This document shows positions 1 through 9,319 of a stretch of DNA of 38,409 bases, in pieces; positions within the stretch are counted from its first letter, which is position 1; each line of letters starts with the position of its first letter. Location: contig CAZYJU010000002.1 in NCBI GenBank assembly GCA_964647945.1, positions 15,327 through 53,735 of the forward strand, in the 5' to 3' direction. Made by a program: the position numbers and the translations under genes. Below the pieces are notes generated by a model. That model was not told the DNA's origin. It saw nothing but the letters and a program-made list of their open reading frames with translations, and ran no database searches. The DNA comes from an uncultured Actinomycetes bacterium. Lineage in GTDB: Bacteria > Actinomycetota > Actinomycetes > Nanopelagicales > Nanopelagicaceae.

Positions 1-30
1 ATGCCCCGTGAAATCTCACGGGGCATTTTT
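1..30. terminator. GC-rich hairpin. It reads as an intrinsic terminator on the + strand and may be bidirectional, also serving rpsA.
   Basis: ATGCCCCGTG (1-10) pairs perfectly with CACGGGGCAT (17-26) around a 6-nt loop, followed by TTTT (27-30). On the minus strand it lies 41 nt downstream of the rpsA stop, but any minus-strand U-tract would fall outside the window. Confidence 0.6.
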
Positions 31-67
31 CGTTAAGAAACTACTTTTACCAATTTAATTAGCAGGA

Positions 68-1423
68 TTACTCTGCAGGAGTTGCATCGGCTGCCTCTGC
101 GACCTTTGCTGCCTCCTTCTGCTTCTTATGTGCCATGAATCTCGCTTGAGCTTCAGCGTATTGACGCTCCCACTCTTCGCGTTGAGTTTCGTATCCTGGT
201 TTCCACTCTTGGGCATCTGCATCAAAGCCTTCTGGATAGATGAAGTTGCCCTCGGCATCGTAACGAGCTGGCATGCCGTATTGAGTTGGATCGAAAGCTT
301 CCACTTCAATCTCAGCGCCTTCGTTAGCTTGCTTTAGAGATAGCGAGATGCGACGACGCTCAAGATCAATATCGATGATCTTTACGAATAATTCATCGCC
401 AACTTGTACAACCTGCTCTGGAATCTCTACGTGGCGCTCTGCTAGTTCGGAGATATGCACCAAACCTTCGATTCCTTCATGAACGCGAATAAATGCGCCA
501 AATGGAACTAGTTTGGTAACTACACCTGGGACCACAGTATTAATTGTGTGGGTGCGAGCAAATGCTTGCCATGGATCTTCTTGAGTTGCCTTAAGTGATA
601 GCGAAACACGTTCGCGCTCAAAATCAACTTCTAGAACTTCAACCGTTACTTCGTCGCCAACTTCGACAACCTCAGATGGATGATCGATATGCTTCCAAGA
701 AAGTTCAGAGACGTGAACTAAACCATCAACACCGCCAAGATCTACGAATGCACCAAAGTTCACGATTGATGAAATTACACCAGTGCGAACTTGGCCCTTC
801 TGTAATTGATTTAGGAAAGTGGTACGTGACTCTGACTGGGTCTGCTCTAAGTAAGCGCGACGTGATAGAACTACGTTGTTACGGTTCTTATCAAGTTCGA
901 TGATGCGAGCTTCAACGGTCTTGCCAATGTATGGTGATAGATCGCGAACTCGGCGCATCTCAACAAGTGAAGCTGGCAAGAATCCACGAAGTCCGATATC
1001 TACAATCAAACCGCCCTTGACTACCTCGATGACAGTTCCGGTTACGACCTCGTCGCGCTCCTTCTTGCCTTCGATCTCGCCCCACGCCTTTTCATATTGC
1101 GCGCGCTTCTTTGAAAGAATTAAACGCCCTTCTTTATCTTCCTTTTGAAGAACTAGGGCTTCGATACTCTCTCCAACTTTGACCAATTCATTTGGATCAA
1201 TGTCATTGCGAATTGATAATTCGCGGGATGGGATAACACCCTCTGTTTTATATCCGACGTCTACTAGAACTTCGTCGCGATCTACTTGGACGATTACGCC
1301 TGTAACAAGATCGCCGTCATTGAAATTTCGGATTGTGCCTTCGATTGCGGCAAGAAAATCTTCTGCTGAGCCGATGTCATTGATTGCAATGCTTGGTGAG
1401 CTCAGTTTGTTTGATGTGGTCAA
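68..1423 (-). CDS. rpsA: 30S ribosomal protein S1
   Basis: 451 aa with four tandem S1 (OB-fold) repeats, e.g. GDLVTGVIVQVDRDEVLVDVGYKTEGVIP, VVTGTVIEVVKGGLIVDIGLRGFLPASL and VRTGVISSIVNFGAFVDLGGVDGLVHVSE. TTG start is preceded by GGAG 4 nt upstream. Confidence 0.95.
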   Translation of the reverse strand: MTTSNKLSSPSIAINDIGSAEDFLAAIEGTIRNFNDGDLVTGVIVQVDRDEVLVDVGYKTEGVIPSRELSIRNDIDPNELVKVGESIEALVLQKEDKEGRLILSKKRAQYEKAWGEIEGKKERDEVVTGTVIEVVKGGLIVDIGLRGFLPASLVEMRRVRDLSPYIGKTVEARIIELDKNRNNVVLSRRAYLEQTQSESRTTFLNQLQKGQVRTGVISSIVNFGAFVDLGGVDGLVHVSELSWKHIDHPSEVVEVGDEVTVEVLEVDFERERVSLSLKATQEDPWQAFARTHTINTVVPGVVTKLVPFGAFIRVHEGIEGLVHISELAERHVEIPEQVVQVGDELFVKIIDIDLERRRISLSLKQANEGAEIEVEAFDPTQYGMPARYDAEGNFIYPEGFDADAQEWKPGYETQREEWERQYAEAQARFMAHKKQKEAAKVAEAADATPAE

Positions 1424-1580
1424 GATACTCCGTAGGGATAGATTAAGTAGTAGGAATGGGCGTCAATGGATTTAACACTCAACTTGCGAAGGGCAAGTTT
1501 ATGCTTGGCCCTGATTAGGGGCAAATTGGTGATGAATTCACGCTTAAATGATTTAGGCTAGCGGTAGTTCTGAGGAAGAG

Positions 1581-2762
1581 ATGAAACAATATCTAGAAAT
1601 TTTTAAGATTCCGCTTGCGCGAAACCTCTTAATCGCTGCAACTCCGGCTCGTCTGGCCTACTCGATGATCGGCCTTGCGATCTTCTTCAAAACTGAGCGG
1701 ACTTTAGATTCCATCCCACTTGCTGGTCTGGCACTTGGACTAAATGCGCTAGCTGGTTCATTAACTGCAGGAATTCGCGGTAGCGTCATAGATCGATTTG
1801 GACAGAAGTGGCCGATTCGTATTTTGGTACCAGGTTATGCGCTCGGAATCATCGCTTTAAATGTTGCAGAGAGTAAAACTTCTATTTTGCTATGGGCTTT
1901 TGTGCTTGGTGTATCTGCCCCACCAATCAATCTCTCTGTGCGTCCACTTTGGAAACAAATTGTTGGTGATCAACTTGTAAGAAATGCATATGGGCTGGAT
2001 ACCGCGGTGATGAATAGCGTCGGCGTGATCGGTCCAGCGATTGCCACAACTGTTTCGCTCTCATCTCATCCTGGTTACGCACTTGGATTCTGTTCAGCGC
2101 TAATGATTTTAGGTGGTATCGGATTAGAGATCACCATCAACCACCGAAACTGGTTTACTGAAAAGAAAGATCCTGCAGAAGGAAAACTTTGGAAGATCCC
2201 AGCCATAAGATTATTGATGATTGAAGGTGCATTTATTGGACTTGGCTGGGGATTCTTTGACATCGGAATTCCTGCCTATGCAACGTTAGAAGATGTACCT
2301 CATCGAACCGCATGGTTATTCTCGATTATGAGCCTTTCGACTGTCATTGGCGGACTGGTTGCTGGATTAATCAAACGGAAGCGTTCGGCATTTAAAACTA
2401 TGAGAATTACTTACTGTGGCTGGTTCATATTCTCTCTGCCGCTTTACTTCACTTACCCAGATTGGTCCTTAGCTGTAGTTGGAGCTCTACTAGGCTTAAC
2501 AGGTGGCGCGCTACAGGTTTTCTACTTCGAGGTTTTGGATGCCGTGCGTCCACAAGGAAGTGCCACTGCATCGCTCGGTTGGCTCTGGACTATTGAAGGT
2601 TCGATGGCTGCACTCGGAAGTGCAATCGGTGGCTATATTGCAAAGGAAGTATCGCCACAAGCATGTTTGGCAGTAACCACATTGATGTTATCAATCGGAT
2701 TTTTGACTCTAAATTTGGGACGTAAACGATTTGCAGCCGCAGATGTTGTTCTAGAAGGTTAA
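1581..2762 (+). CDS. MFS-family transporter, substrate unknown
   Basis: 393 aa, hydrophobic throughout with about 10-12 helices. MFS loop 2-3 motif GSVIDRFGQKWP. AGGAAG Shine-Dalgarno lies upstream of the ATG. Confidence 0.75.
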   Translation: MKQYLEIFKIPLARNLLIAATPARLAYSMIGLAIFFKTERTLDSIPLAGLALGLNALAGSLTAGIRGSVIDRFGQKWPIRILVPGYALGIIALNVAESKTSILLWAFVLGVSAPPINLSVRPLWKQIVGDQLVRNAYGLDTAVMNSVGVIGPAIATTVSLSSHPGYALGFCSALMILGGIGLEITINHRNWFTEKKDPAEGKLWKIPAIRLLMIEGAFIGLGWGFFDIGIPAYATLEDVPHRTAWLFSIMSLSTVIGGLVAGLIKRKRSAFKTMRITYCGWFIFSLPLYFTYPDWSLAVVGALLGLTGGALQVFYFEVLDAVRPQGSATASLGWLWTIEGSMAALGSAIGGYIAKEVSPQACLAVTTLMLSIGFLTLNLGRKRFAAADVVLEG

Positions 2763-2772
2763 ACGATAATTA

Positions 2773-5292
2773 TTAATGCTCTGCTGCATGCCAGCTTGAG
2801 CCATGTCCGACATTTACCGAAAGCGCTACCTTAAGCGGATAAGCCGCACCCATTTCACGTTTTACTAGTTCTTGCAAAACCGAAAGCTCAGAATCGACAT
2901 ATTCAAAGAGCAGCTCATCGTGTATCTGCAGAAGCATCCTAGATTTCAACTTCTCCTTCTTAATTGCAGCATCTACTCTTAACATCGCTAATTTAATGAT
3001 GTCGGCAGCGGTGCCTTGAATGGGCGCATTTAGAGCCGCCCGCTCTGCGATCTCTCGCTTAAATTTGTTCTCACTTTGCAAGTCAGGTAGATATCTACGT
3101 CGCCCCATCAAAGTTTCGGTGTACCCGTCTTTCTTTGCTTGAACCACGACCGTAGCTAAATAATCGCGAATCCCACCAAAGCGTTGGTAATAGCGATCCA
3201 TCAAGTCGCTGGCCTGACCTGGAGAGATATCTAATTGTTGCGATAGACCAAATGCGCTAAGTCCATACGCCAAGCCATAAGACATGGCTTTAATTTGTCT
3301 GCGCATTTCTGGATCAACTTCAGTTGGCTTAACACCAAAAACCAAAGATGCCACAGTGGAATGTAGATCTTCACCAGTTGCGAAAGCTTCAATTAATTTC
3401 TGATCTTCTGCTAGATGGGCCAAGATCCTCATTTCAATCTGGCTGTAATCTGCTGTGAAGATTCCATCGAAACCGTTTCCAGCCACAAATCCATCGCGAA
3501 TCTTCTTACCTAACTCCGTCCTAATTGGAATATTTTGCAAGTTAGGCCCAGTTGAAGAGAGACGTCCGGTTGCAGCAACTGTCTGTTGGAAGTGGGTGTG
3601 AATTCTTCCATCTTGCTTTACCTCTGAGAGCAAACCTTCAACAACGCTCTGTAATTTGCTCGCCTCCCTGATTTTTAGAAGGTGCTCTAGAACTGGATGC
3701 TTCGTCTCGGAAAAGAGCCATTGCAAACTTTCCGCATCGGTGGTGTAGCCAGTTTTGATTCGTTTAGTTTTAGGCAATTTAAGTTCATCAAAGAGCACTA
3801 CCTGCAACTGTTTTGGAGAGGCCACATTAAATTCATGGCCAACTGCTTTGTAGGCACTTTGCGTATGACTTGAGACCTCAGCAAGCAATTCATCGCTCTG
3901 TTGTTTCAAAGTCTTCTTATCTATGGCTACACCGATTCGCTCCATCTCGGCCAACACTTCTGATACTGGGAGCTCTAGTTCAATCAAAAGTTTTAGCGCG
4001 CCTCGTTGATCCAGCTCACTTTCAAGTCGCGCCTTTAATTCAAAGAGGCTTGCAGTCTTTGCTGCTAGAGATCCATCAGATAAACCCCAGCGCTCCAAAA
4101 TCTCTGAAACTTCAGTTAATCGATTGCCGGGATCTACTAAATAGCTAGCCAGTGCAACATCAAATATAACTCCATTAAAGTCCATAGTTCGCGCTAAAGA
4201 TTTAGAGTCATGTGAGATCTTTGGGATTTTTGGATCTGCAAGCCACGAACCAACTTCATCCGACATCACCAAGAAAACTTCACTAGGTGAGAGCGCAACT
4301 GCATATGAATTAAGTCGCTCGTCCAATAACTCAAAGAGGACTGCAATTTCACCTTTATGCATCTCGATTCGAGCGCTTACCTCATCAGGAGTAGAGAAGT
4401 TGGTATCGACAGGAGCGTGCGATTCTGGCTTGCCGGGTAACTTTGCAAGCAGGCTTCGAAATTCAAGTTTGCTGAAAATTTCGCGTAAGGCTTCGGTATT
4501 AAATTCTTGCCAAACTAATTCATCTAACGAGAAATCAATTGGGACATTTGAAACTAGGTGCGTTAATTCGTGGTTTCGTAAGACTGAGTCGATATTTGCT
4601 CGCAAAGAATCCCCGACTTTGCCACCGACCTCATCTATCTTTGCAATCAAATTTTCAAGGGATCCATATTCGATAATCCACTTGGCAGCCGTCTTCTCTC
4701 CGACACCTGGGATGGATGGCAAGTTATCGCTAGGGTCTCCGCGAAGCGCTGCAAAATCCGGATACTGTTCTGGAGTCAGTGAGTATTTTTCAAGTACCGC
4801 TTCTGGTGTCATCCGCGCCATTTCTGAGACGCCCTTCTTTGGATAGAGCACCGTGATCTGTCTGCTTACTAATTGGAAACTATCCCTATCCCCCGTACAT
4901 ATTGAAACTTCATAACCGTCGTTTACTGCCGCTTTTGAAATAGTTGCCAAGAGATCATCAGCCTCAAAACCTTCTAAGGAAAATTCTTTGATATTCATTG
5001 CTTTTAATAAGTCATGTAGCAGTGGTATCTGAGATCTGAATTCATCGGGAGTTGCACTACGAGTGGCCTTGTACTCTGGAAATTTCTCCGACCTAAAGGT
5101 TTTACGAGAGACATCAAAAGCCACGGCTAAATGAGTTGGTTTCTCTTCTTTAATCAAACTCATGATCATATTTGCAAAACCATAGATTGCATTTGTATGT
5201 TGCCCACTTGCAGTGGTGAAACTATCTACTGGCAGTGCAAAGAAAGCGCGATAAGCCATAGAGTGGCCGTCAATCAATAAAAGGCGCTTCAC
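2773..5292 (-). CDS. polA: DNA polymerase I
   Basis: 839 aa. 5' nuclease N-terminus LLLIDGHSMAYRAFFA. Family A polymerase motifs DYSQIEMRILAH (A), RRQIKAMSYGLAYG (B) and LQIHDELLFE (C). GTG start. Confidence 0.95.
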   Translation of the reverse strand: MKRLLLIDGHSMAYRAFFALPVDSFTTASGQHTNAIYGFANMIMSLIKEEKPTHLAVAFDVSRKTFRSEKFPEYKATRSATPDEFRSQIPLLHDLLKAMNIKEFSLEGFEADDLLATISKAAVNDGYEVSICTGDRDSFQLVSRQITVLYPKKGVSEMARMTPEAVLEKYSLTPEQYPDFAALRGDPSDNLPSIPGVGEKTAAKWIIEYGSLENLIAKIDEVGGKVGDSLRANIDSVLRNHELTHLVSNVPIDFSLDELVWQEFNTEALREIFSKLEFRSLLAKLPGKPESHAPVDTNFSTPDEVSARIEMHKGEIAVLFELLDERLNSYAVALSPSEVFLVMSDEVGSWLADPKIPKISHDSKSLARTMDFNGVIFDVALASYLVDPGNRLTEVSEILERWGLSDGSLAAKTASLFELKARLESELDQRGALKLLIELELPVSEVLAEMERIGVAIDKKTLKQQSDELLAEVSSHTQSAYKAVGHEFNVASPKQLQVVLFDELKLPKTKRIKTGYTTDAESLQWLFSETKHPVLEHLLKIREASKLQSVVEGLLSEVKQDGRIHTHFQQTVAATGRLSSTGPNLQNIPIRTELGKKIRDGFVAGNGFDGIFTADYSQIEMRILAHLAEDQKLIEAFATGEDLHSTVASLVFGVKPTEVDPEMRRQIKAMSYGLAYGLSAFGLSQQLDISPGQASDLMDRYYQRFGGIRDYLATVVVQAKKDGYTETLMGRRRYLPDLQSENKFKREIAERAALNAPIQGTAADIIKLAMLRVDAAIKKEKLKSRMLLQIHDELLFEYVDSELSVLQELVKREMGAAYPLKVALSVNVGHGSSWHAAEH

Positions 5293-5298
5293 GGGTTT

Positions 5299-5304
5299 AT
5301 CTTA
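5299..5304 (-). promoter_or_regulatory. Candidate -10 hexamer for a leaderless polA transcript
   Basis: Minus-strand TAAGAT (TANNNT) sits exactly 6 nt upstream of the polA GTG. There is no Shine-Dalgarno, and the divergent intergenic space is only 34-49 nt. Confidence 0.35.
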
Positions 5305-5329
5305 ATGATGCGCATCCAACTACTAGGTG

Positions 5330-5335
5330 TATCTT
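5330..5335 (+). promoter_or_regulatory. Candidate -10 hexamer for a leaderless thioesterase transcript
   Basis: TATCTT (TANNNT) sits 6 nt upstream of the ATG at 5342, with no Shine-Dalgarno. Confidence 0.3.
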
Positions 5336-5341
5336 TCGGAT

Positions 5342-5749
5342 ATGGAAAATGCAGATTTCATGGAGGCTTTGAACGGTCGTGGACAAGCCGCTTTAGATAA
5401 AAAAATGGGAATCAAAATTCTTGAAGCCACCCCACTGAGACTTGTTGGAACGATGCCTGTTGAAGGGAACACTCAACCACTTGGCTATCTTCATGGTGGA
5501 GCAAATGTGGTTTTAGCTGAATCGCTTGGTTCAATCGGAACATGGCTTCATGCTGGACCAACAAAGAAGATTGTTGGAATCGATATCAACGCCACTCATC
5601 ACAAGAGCGCAACCTCTGGCATCGTCACTGCTGTAGCAACTGCAATTTCTTTAGGTCGCACCCTTTGCAGCTACAACATAGAGATTTCAAATGAAAAAGG
5701 TCAAAGAACCTGTACTGCGAGAATTACCTGTTTAATCTTGAATGATTAA
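5342..5749 (+). CDS. Hotdog-fold thioesterase, PaaI/YbdB-like
   Basis: About 135 aa with the characteristic LHGGANVVLAESLGS segment. The ORF track begins at GTG 5327; I prefer ATG 5342 because of the -10-like hexamer placement, so the start is uncertain by 5 codons. Confidence 0.75.
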   Translation: MENADFMEALNGRGQAALDKKMGIKILEATPLRLVGTMPVEGNTQPLGYLHGGANVVLAESLGSIGTWLHAGPTKKIVGIDINATHHKSATSGIVTAVATAISLGRTLCSYNIEISNEKGQRTCTARITCLILND

Positions 5750-6474
5750 AAGATCTCGTGCGCACCTGTTCCGAGATATGCAGATTTAACGTGTGGATCG
5801 TTTAATAGATCTTTTGCATTCGCCTCTTTGGTAATAGAGCCTGTCTCAAGCACATAAGCGCGATGAGCTCGGTTTAGCGCTTGTTGAGCGTTCTGTTCGA
5901 CCAAGAGAATCGTTACACCTTGCTTATTGATCTCAGTGATGATTCGGAAGATATTTGCAATCATCTGTGGCGCAAGACCCATTGAAGGCTCATCAAGTAA
6001 GAGAACTTTTGGGCGCGCCATTAGCGCGCGACCAATTGCCAACATCTGCTGCTCGCCACCAGAGAGCGTTCCGCCAGTTTGAGAAGCGCGCTCCTTTAGC
6101 CTTGGAAATAGATGGTAAACATTCTCTAGATCTTGTTCGATTTCAGCTTTCTTCATCTTCAAGTGGTACTTACCCATCTCAAGATTTTCGAGCACAGTCA
6201 TACCTGGAAAGACTCCACGCCCTTCTGGCGCTTGAGATATTCCGAGATGCACGCGTTGGTGTGCAGGCACTTTCGAAATATCTTGACCGTCAAAGATGAT
6301 TGCGCCAGAGCTAACTGGACGAAGGCCTGAGATGGTCTTCAAAGTTGTAGTTTTACCAGCGCCATTTGCGCCGATCAATGTGACAATCTCGCCTTGATTT
6401 ACCGTTACAGAGATGCCTTTGATAGCTTCGATTTTTCCATAGTGCACATGTAGATCTTTAATTTCAAGACGCAT
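5746..6474 (-). CDS. livF: Branched-chain amino acid ABC transporter ATP-binding protein, LivF-type
   Basis: Walker A GANGAGKTT, signature LSGGEQQMLAIGRAL, Walker B LLLDEPS. It is the last gene of a livKHMGF-ordered cluster. Confidence 0.9.
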   Translation of the reverse strand: MRLEIKDLHVHYGKIEAIKGISVTVNQGEIVTLIGANGAGKTTTLKTISGLRPVSSGAIIFDGQDISKVPAHQRVHLGISQAPEGRGVFPGMTVLENLEMGKYHLKMKKAEIEQDLENVYHLFPRLKERASQTGGTLSGGEQQMLAIGRALMARPKVLLLDEPSMGLAPQMIANIFRIITEINKQGVTILLVEQNAQQALNRAHRAYVLETGSITKEANAKDLLNDPHVKSAYLGTGAHEIF

Positions 6475-7240
6475 CTTCAGGTACTCCTAGGTAAGCCTCG
6501 ATAACTCGTTTATCATTTTGAACTACCTCTGGTAGTCCGTCGGCGATCTTCTGTCCGAAGTCGATAACAACTACTCGGTCTGAAACGCCCATAACCAAAG
6601 ACATATCGTGCTCGATTAATAAAACTGTATAACCAGCATCACGAATCTTTCTGATGGTCTTCGCTAATTCCACTTTTTCAGATGGATTAAATCCAGCAGC
6701 AGGCTCATCAAGAAGAAGTAGTTTTGGCTCTGCCCCTAATGCGCGAGCAATCTCAAGGCGACGCTGAACTCCGTAAGGAAGATTCTTCGCCAAGCGATCT
6801 GAGTACTCTCCGATTCCGATGAAGTCCAAGAGCTCCTGTGCGCGTTCGCGACCCTTCTTCTCTTCACGTCTTGATCTGGGAGTGCCAAATAATCCACCAA
6901 CTAGACCAGAACCTTTATGGGTATCGGTTGCAGTGATTACATTCTCAAGTGCAGTCATGTCGCCCCAAAGACGAATATTCTGGAAGGTGCGTGCAATTCC
7001 GCCACGTGTGATCTTGTAACGCTTGATCCCTTTAATTGATTTATCTTCGAAGACGATGTCACCCTTGGTGACTTGGTAAACGCCAGTGATCACATTGAAG
7101 ATTGTGGTCTTACCGGCGCCATTTGGTCCGATTAAGCCCAAAATCTCTTGCTTCTTGATTTCAAAAGTAACATCGTTGAGAGCAGTTACGCCTCCGAACT
7201 GCATGGTCACGTTCTGTAATTTAAGAATTGGCTCGCTCAT
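6464..7240 (-). CDS. livG: Branched-chain amino acid ABC transporter ATP-binding protein, LivG-type
   Basis: Walker [10 protein letters not shown], signature-like [15 protein letters not shown], Walker [14 protein letters not shown] overlap with livM. Confidence 0.9.
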   Translation of the reverse strand: MSEPILKLQNVTMQFGGVTALNDVTFEIKKQEILGLIGPNGAGKTTIFNVITGVYQVTKGDIVFEDKSIKGIKRYKITRGGIARTFQNIRLWGDMTALENVITATDTHKGSGLVGGLFGTPRSRREEKKGRERAQELLDFIGIGEYSDRLAKNLPYGVQRRLEIARALGAEPKLLLLDEPAAGFNPSEKVELAKTIRKIRDAGYTVLLIEHDMSLVMGVSDRVVVIDFGQKIADGLPEVVQNDKRVIEAYLGVPEDAS

Positions 7241-8268
7241 GATTTACCTTGGCTACCTTTCTCCGGAAGCGCCTTTTCACGTTTCTTACGAGGTAACAAA
7301 CCATCTGGGCGTAGGTTCATCATGATTACAAGAACTGCACCAAATACCAAGAGACGTGCATCCGAAATGAAACGAATACGATCTGGTAGATAACCCAAAA
7401 TCACGGCACCCAAAATCACGCCCCAGATATTTCCCATTCCACCGAAAACCACACATGCCAAGATCAGAATTGAAACTTGCAAAGTGAAATTATCTGGTGA
7501 GATGAAGAGCGTCTTTGATGCATAGAGCACGCCAGCTGCACCGCCCACTGAGGCGCCAAGCACGAATGCCCAAATCTTGTAACGGAAAGTTGGAACTCCC
7601 ATCAACTCTGCTGCATCTTCGTCTTGGCGAATTGATTCCCAAGCGCGACCTGCACGACGAACAGATAAACGGCGGATCATCCAGATGGTTAGCAAGATGA
7701 TGATTAAGAATGTCCAGTAATAAAGACGATGGTTATCGAATGTGTATTCGAGACCAAATACTTTAGGTGGAGTCGGGATTCCGATGATTCCGTTTGCTCC
7801 ACCAATTGACTTCAAATTAAGTGCAGTGATTCGGACAATCTCACCAAATCCCAAGGTGATAATCGCCAAATAGTCACCGCGAAGTCGAAGCGCTGGGACT
7901 CCAAGAATCAAGCCAGCAAACATCGCCATCGCAATACCGATCGGCAAGATCTCCCAAGTATTTAATCCGGTCTTAGTGCCTAATAAGCCCATGGTGTAAG
8001 CGCCAATTGCGAAGAAGGCTACATAACCTAGATCTAGCAGACCGCTCTTTCCGATTACGATATTTAGACCAAGCGCCATAATCACGAAGATCGCGACTGG
8101 ATAAACAAGTACCGATGCATATTCTGCAACCGGAGTATTTAGGAAGGTGCCACCTAGTAAAGGCAGTGATGCTGCAACTGCAATTCCGCTAAGTGCAATC
8201 AATACTCGAACTGGACGGCTTGAGCGCTCCCAGATTCCGGCGCCCCAATCTCGAAGATTAAACATCAT
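7237..8268 (-). CDS. livM: Branched-chain amino acid ABC transporter permease, LivM-type
   Basis: 343-aa polytopic membrane protein in the livM position, with ATGA overlaps on both sides. Confidence 0.85.
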   Translation of the reverse strand: MMFNLRDWGAGIWERSSRPVRVLIALSGIAVAASLPLLGGTFLNTPVAEYASVLVYPVAIFVIMALGLNIVIGKSGLLDLGYVAFFAIGAYTMGLLGTKTGLNTWEILPIGIAMAMFAGLILGVPALRLRGDYLAIITLGFGEIVRITALNLKSIGGANGIIGIPTPPKVFGLEYTFDNHRLYYWTFLIIILLTIWMIRRLSVRRAGRAWESIRQDEDAAELMGVPTFRYKIWAFVLGASVGGAAGVLYASKTLFISPDNFTLQVSILILACVVFGGMGNIWGVILGAVILGYLPDRIRFISDARLLVFGAVLVIMMNLRPDGLLPRKKREKALPEKGSQGKS

Positions 8269-9221
8269 GCCCTCGTCTGCGTAATAGCTTCACCGAATAC
8301 GCCATTCGGACGGAAGTAGAGAACCAGAACTAGTACTAGGAATACGGTTACGGCTTTCCATTGAGTTCCTAGGAAGAATGATGCATAAGTCTCAAGTAAC
8401 CCTAAGGAAATTCCGCCGTAGAAAGCGCCACGGATATTTCCAATTCCGCCAAGGATTGCTGCTGTAAAGGCGGCGATACCTAAACCGAAACCAATATTAA
8501 ACACGGTGTTCTCATACTTTAGAACATAGAAGAAACCTGCCGCACCGGTCATGATGCCACCAATTAAGAAGGTTCCGGAGACTACAAAGTTTAAATTAAC
8601 GCCCATCAACTTCGCGGCATCTTCGTTCATGGATACTGCACGAATTGCTTTTCCAAGACGAGTGCGCTGCACGAATTGATTGAGGATGATGTACAAAATC
8701 AGACCAGCAAAAATGATGATGATGTTATCTAGGCGTAGGTCAGCGCCAAAAAAAGTACCTAACGACTTCTTCTCCATAAATCGAGGGCTTCCGACATAGC
8801 GAGAGTCGGTAAGAATTCTCATGAACTCTGCTAAAACGATTGACATACCGATCGCAGAGATAAGAGGCGCTAATTTATTGGAACCGCGATTACGAAGTCT
8901 GCGGTAAGCGACTAGCTCTAGCAAAATTGAAAGGACGCCTGAGAGCAACATTGAGGCTAGCAAGCAGGCTAGCAAGACTGTGACCAATCGAAGGCCGGTC
9001 ACTGGTTCGGAGCTCTGGGTAAACCCGAAGAGGTCACGCGCAACAATTACTGTTGCAAATGTTCCGTACATGAAAATTTCTGAGTTGGCGAAATTGATCA
9101 TGCGGAGAACGCCATAAACCATGGTGTAGCCAAGCGCAATTAATACATAGATAAAACCAAGGCTTAGACCACCAAGTGTTAGCGAGGCGAATTGATCCTG
9201 AAAATTACTGAGCACTTGCAC
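8265..9221 (-). CDS. livH: Branched-chain amino acid ABC transporter permease, LivH-type
   Basis: 318-aa polytopic membrane protein in the livH position. GTG start. Confidence 0.85.
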   Translation of the reverse strand: MQVLSNFQDQFASLTLGGLSLGFIYVLIALGYTMVYGVLRMINFANSEIFMYGTFATVIVARDLFGFTQSSEPVTGLRLVTVLLACLLASMLLSGVLSILLELVAYRRLRNRGSNKLAPLISAIGMSIVLAEFMRILTDSRYVGSPRFMEKKSLGTFFGADLRLDNIIIIFAGLILYIILNQFVQRTRLGKAIRAVSMNEDAAKLMGVNLNFVVSGTFLIGGIMTGAAGFFYVLKYENTVFNIGFGLGIAAFTAAILGGIGNIRGAFYGGISLGLLETYASFFLGTQWKAVTVFLVLVLVLYFRPNGVFGEAITQTRA

Positions 9222-9250
9222 ACTTTCTTAAAACATTTTTGAATTTTTAA

Positions 9251-9288
9251 AACGTAGCACCTAGAGCATAAACCCTAGGTGCTACGTT
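9251..9288 (-). promoter_or_regulatory. Intercistronic 14-bp perfect hairpin between livK and livH, a possible partial terminator or mRNA stabiliser
   Basis: AACGTAGCACCTAG (9251-9264) and CTAGGTGCTACGTT (9275-9288) are perfect reverse complements around a 10-nt loop. On the transcribed strand the stem is followed by UUAAAAAUU. Confidence 0.55.
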
Positions 9289-9319
9289 CTTTAATCTATT
9301 CGCTATTTTTTAGCGATTA

